Source: Candidatus Eiseniibacteriota bacterium
Lineage (GTDB): Bacteria > Eisenbacteria > RBG-16-71-46 > DASYSL01
NCBI GenBank assembly: GCA_031431875.1
Contig: JANPEF010000072.1
Span: forward strand, 1-25,008
Direction of reading: 5' to 3'
DNA: 25,008 nt
The notes under the pieces are model-generated. The model was not told where the DNA came from and did not search any database. It saw nothing but the letters and a program-made list of their open reading frames with translations. Positions 24,621 through 25,008 of the stretch are shown here, piece after piece. A program made the translations under genes and the position numbers. Within the stretch, counting starts at the first letter, position 1, and each line of letters begins with the position of its first letter.

Positions 24621-25008
24621 GGTGTGTTCCCGGCGGGCGGCAGCGCGGAGAGCCGCACAACCGTCCCGTGTGTCGCGACGGCGAGCGACTCGGCCGCCGG
24701 GCGATCGGCGAAGGCCGCGAGACCTCCGCCCATCGGCGACGGAAAGTCGCCATGCAGGATCCACGCGGCGGCCTCGGGCAACAGCGTCTTCGTCTCGTAG
24801 TCGGCGACCCAGGCCGGTCCGCCGGGGACGCGCGTGCGATCGGCGACCAGGCACTCGATCGAGTCGTAGGCGTGCCAGGCGCCACCGGCCTCGCGCGTGC
24901 TCGCAAACTTCAGGTCCTCGATGCCCATACCACAGCGGGCGCAGGCCGTCCCGGGGCGGATGGGTGGCGGTCCGCCACCGGCGCGGACGCCGCAGCCGGG
25001 CGCGGCGA
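24617..25008 (-). CDS. NosL-family copper chaperone lipoprotein, 5' end outside the window
   Basis: Frame open to the window edge: AAPGCGVRAGGGPPPIRPGTACARCGMGI...YDSIECL...WVADYE...SPMGGGLAAF; probable lipidated Cys, CxxCGM and PMG motifs. Confidence 0.88.
   Translation of the reverse strand, partial: AAPGCGVRAGGGPPPIRPGTACARCGMGIEDLKFASTREAGGAWHAYDSIECLVADRTRVPGGPAWVADYETKTLLPEAAAWILHGDFPSPMGGGLAAFADRPAAESLAVATHGTVVRLSALPPAGNTP

Noticed and set aside
50..24906. Many long alternative ORFs in the track (e.g. 11144..13303 +, 14767..16518 +, 9750..11363 -, 1416..2729 -, 17941..19392 +)
   Set aside because: Arg/Ala/Pro-rich shadow frames overlapping well-supported genes, expected at this GC content; no recognisable motifs.
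3729..24906. Apparent long N-terminal extensions or fusions (3729..5639, 6106..7500, 22262..23872, 23368..24906)
   Set aside because: The extensions overlap upstream genes in another frame; RBS or stop/start overlaps support starts at 4889, 6514, 23317 and 24213.
1..25008. In-frame TGA selenoproteins near selD
   Set aside because: SelD, the dienelactone hydrolase and NosL all have Cys codons at their active motifs; the TGA stops I inspected end complete domains or overlap the next start.

Overview
GC-rich bacterial chromosomal window (roughly 70% or more by eye), densely coding, with 21 probable CDSs. In order: truncated NUDIX hydrolase (-, missing from the ORF track), mutY, GNAT acetyltransferase, ispH, DUF1028/TPR protein coupled to an atypical SDR, fabI-murB, TPR protein, exported dienelactone hydrolase, two tandem ~1100-aa secreted FG-GAP repeat proteins with a C-terminal FlgD-Ig/T9SS-like domain, Cys-type selD divergent from an MFS transporter, ABC exporter, CesT/YbjN-like protein with acidic tail, small HExxH protein, serine esterase, and the distal end of a nosL-cupredoxin-nosY-like copper operon cut by the right edge. 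The FlgD-Ig tails at this GC suggest an Eisenbacteria/FCB-associated lineage (inference only). I found no RNA genes, CRISPR array, transposase or prophage, and cannot demonstrate a complete novel system. Best leads: (1) a translationally coupled pair of apparently degenerate enzymes (SDR without YxxxK plus divergent DUF1028); (2) double-propeller FG-GAP paralogues sharing a degenerate 8th blade and an unassigned domain; (3) a ligand-less cupredoxin between nosL and nosY; (4) a possible vestigial SECIS behind the SelD Cys codon; (5) paired N15-spaced inverted-repeat sites at 20.9-21.1 kb.
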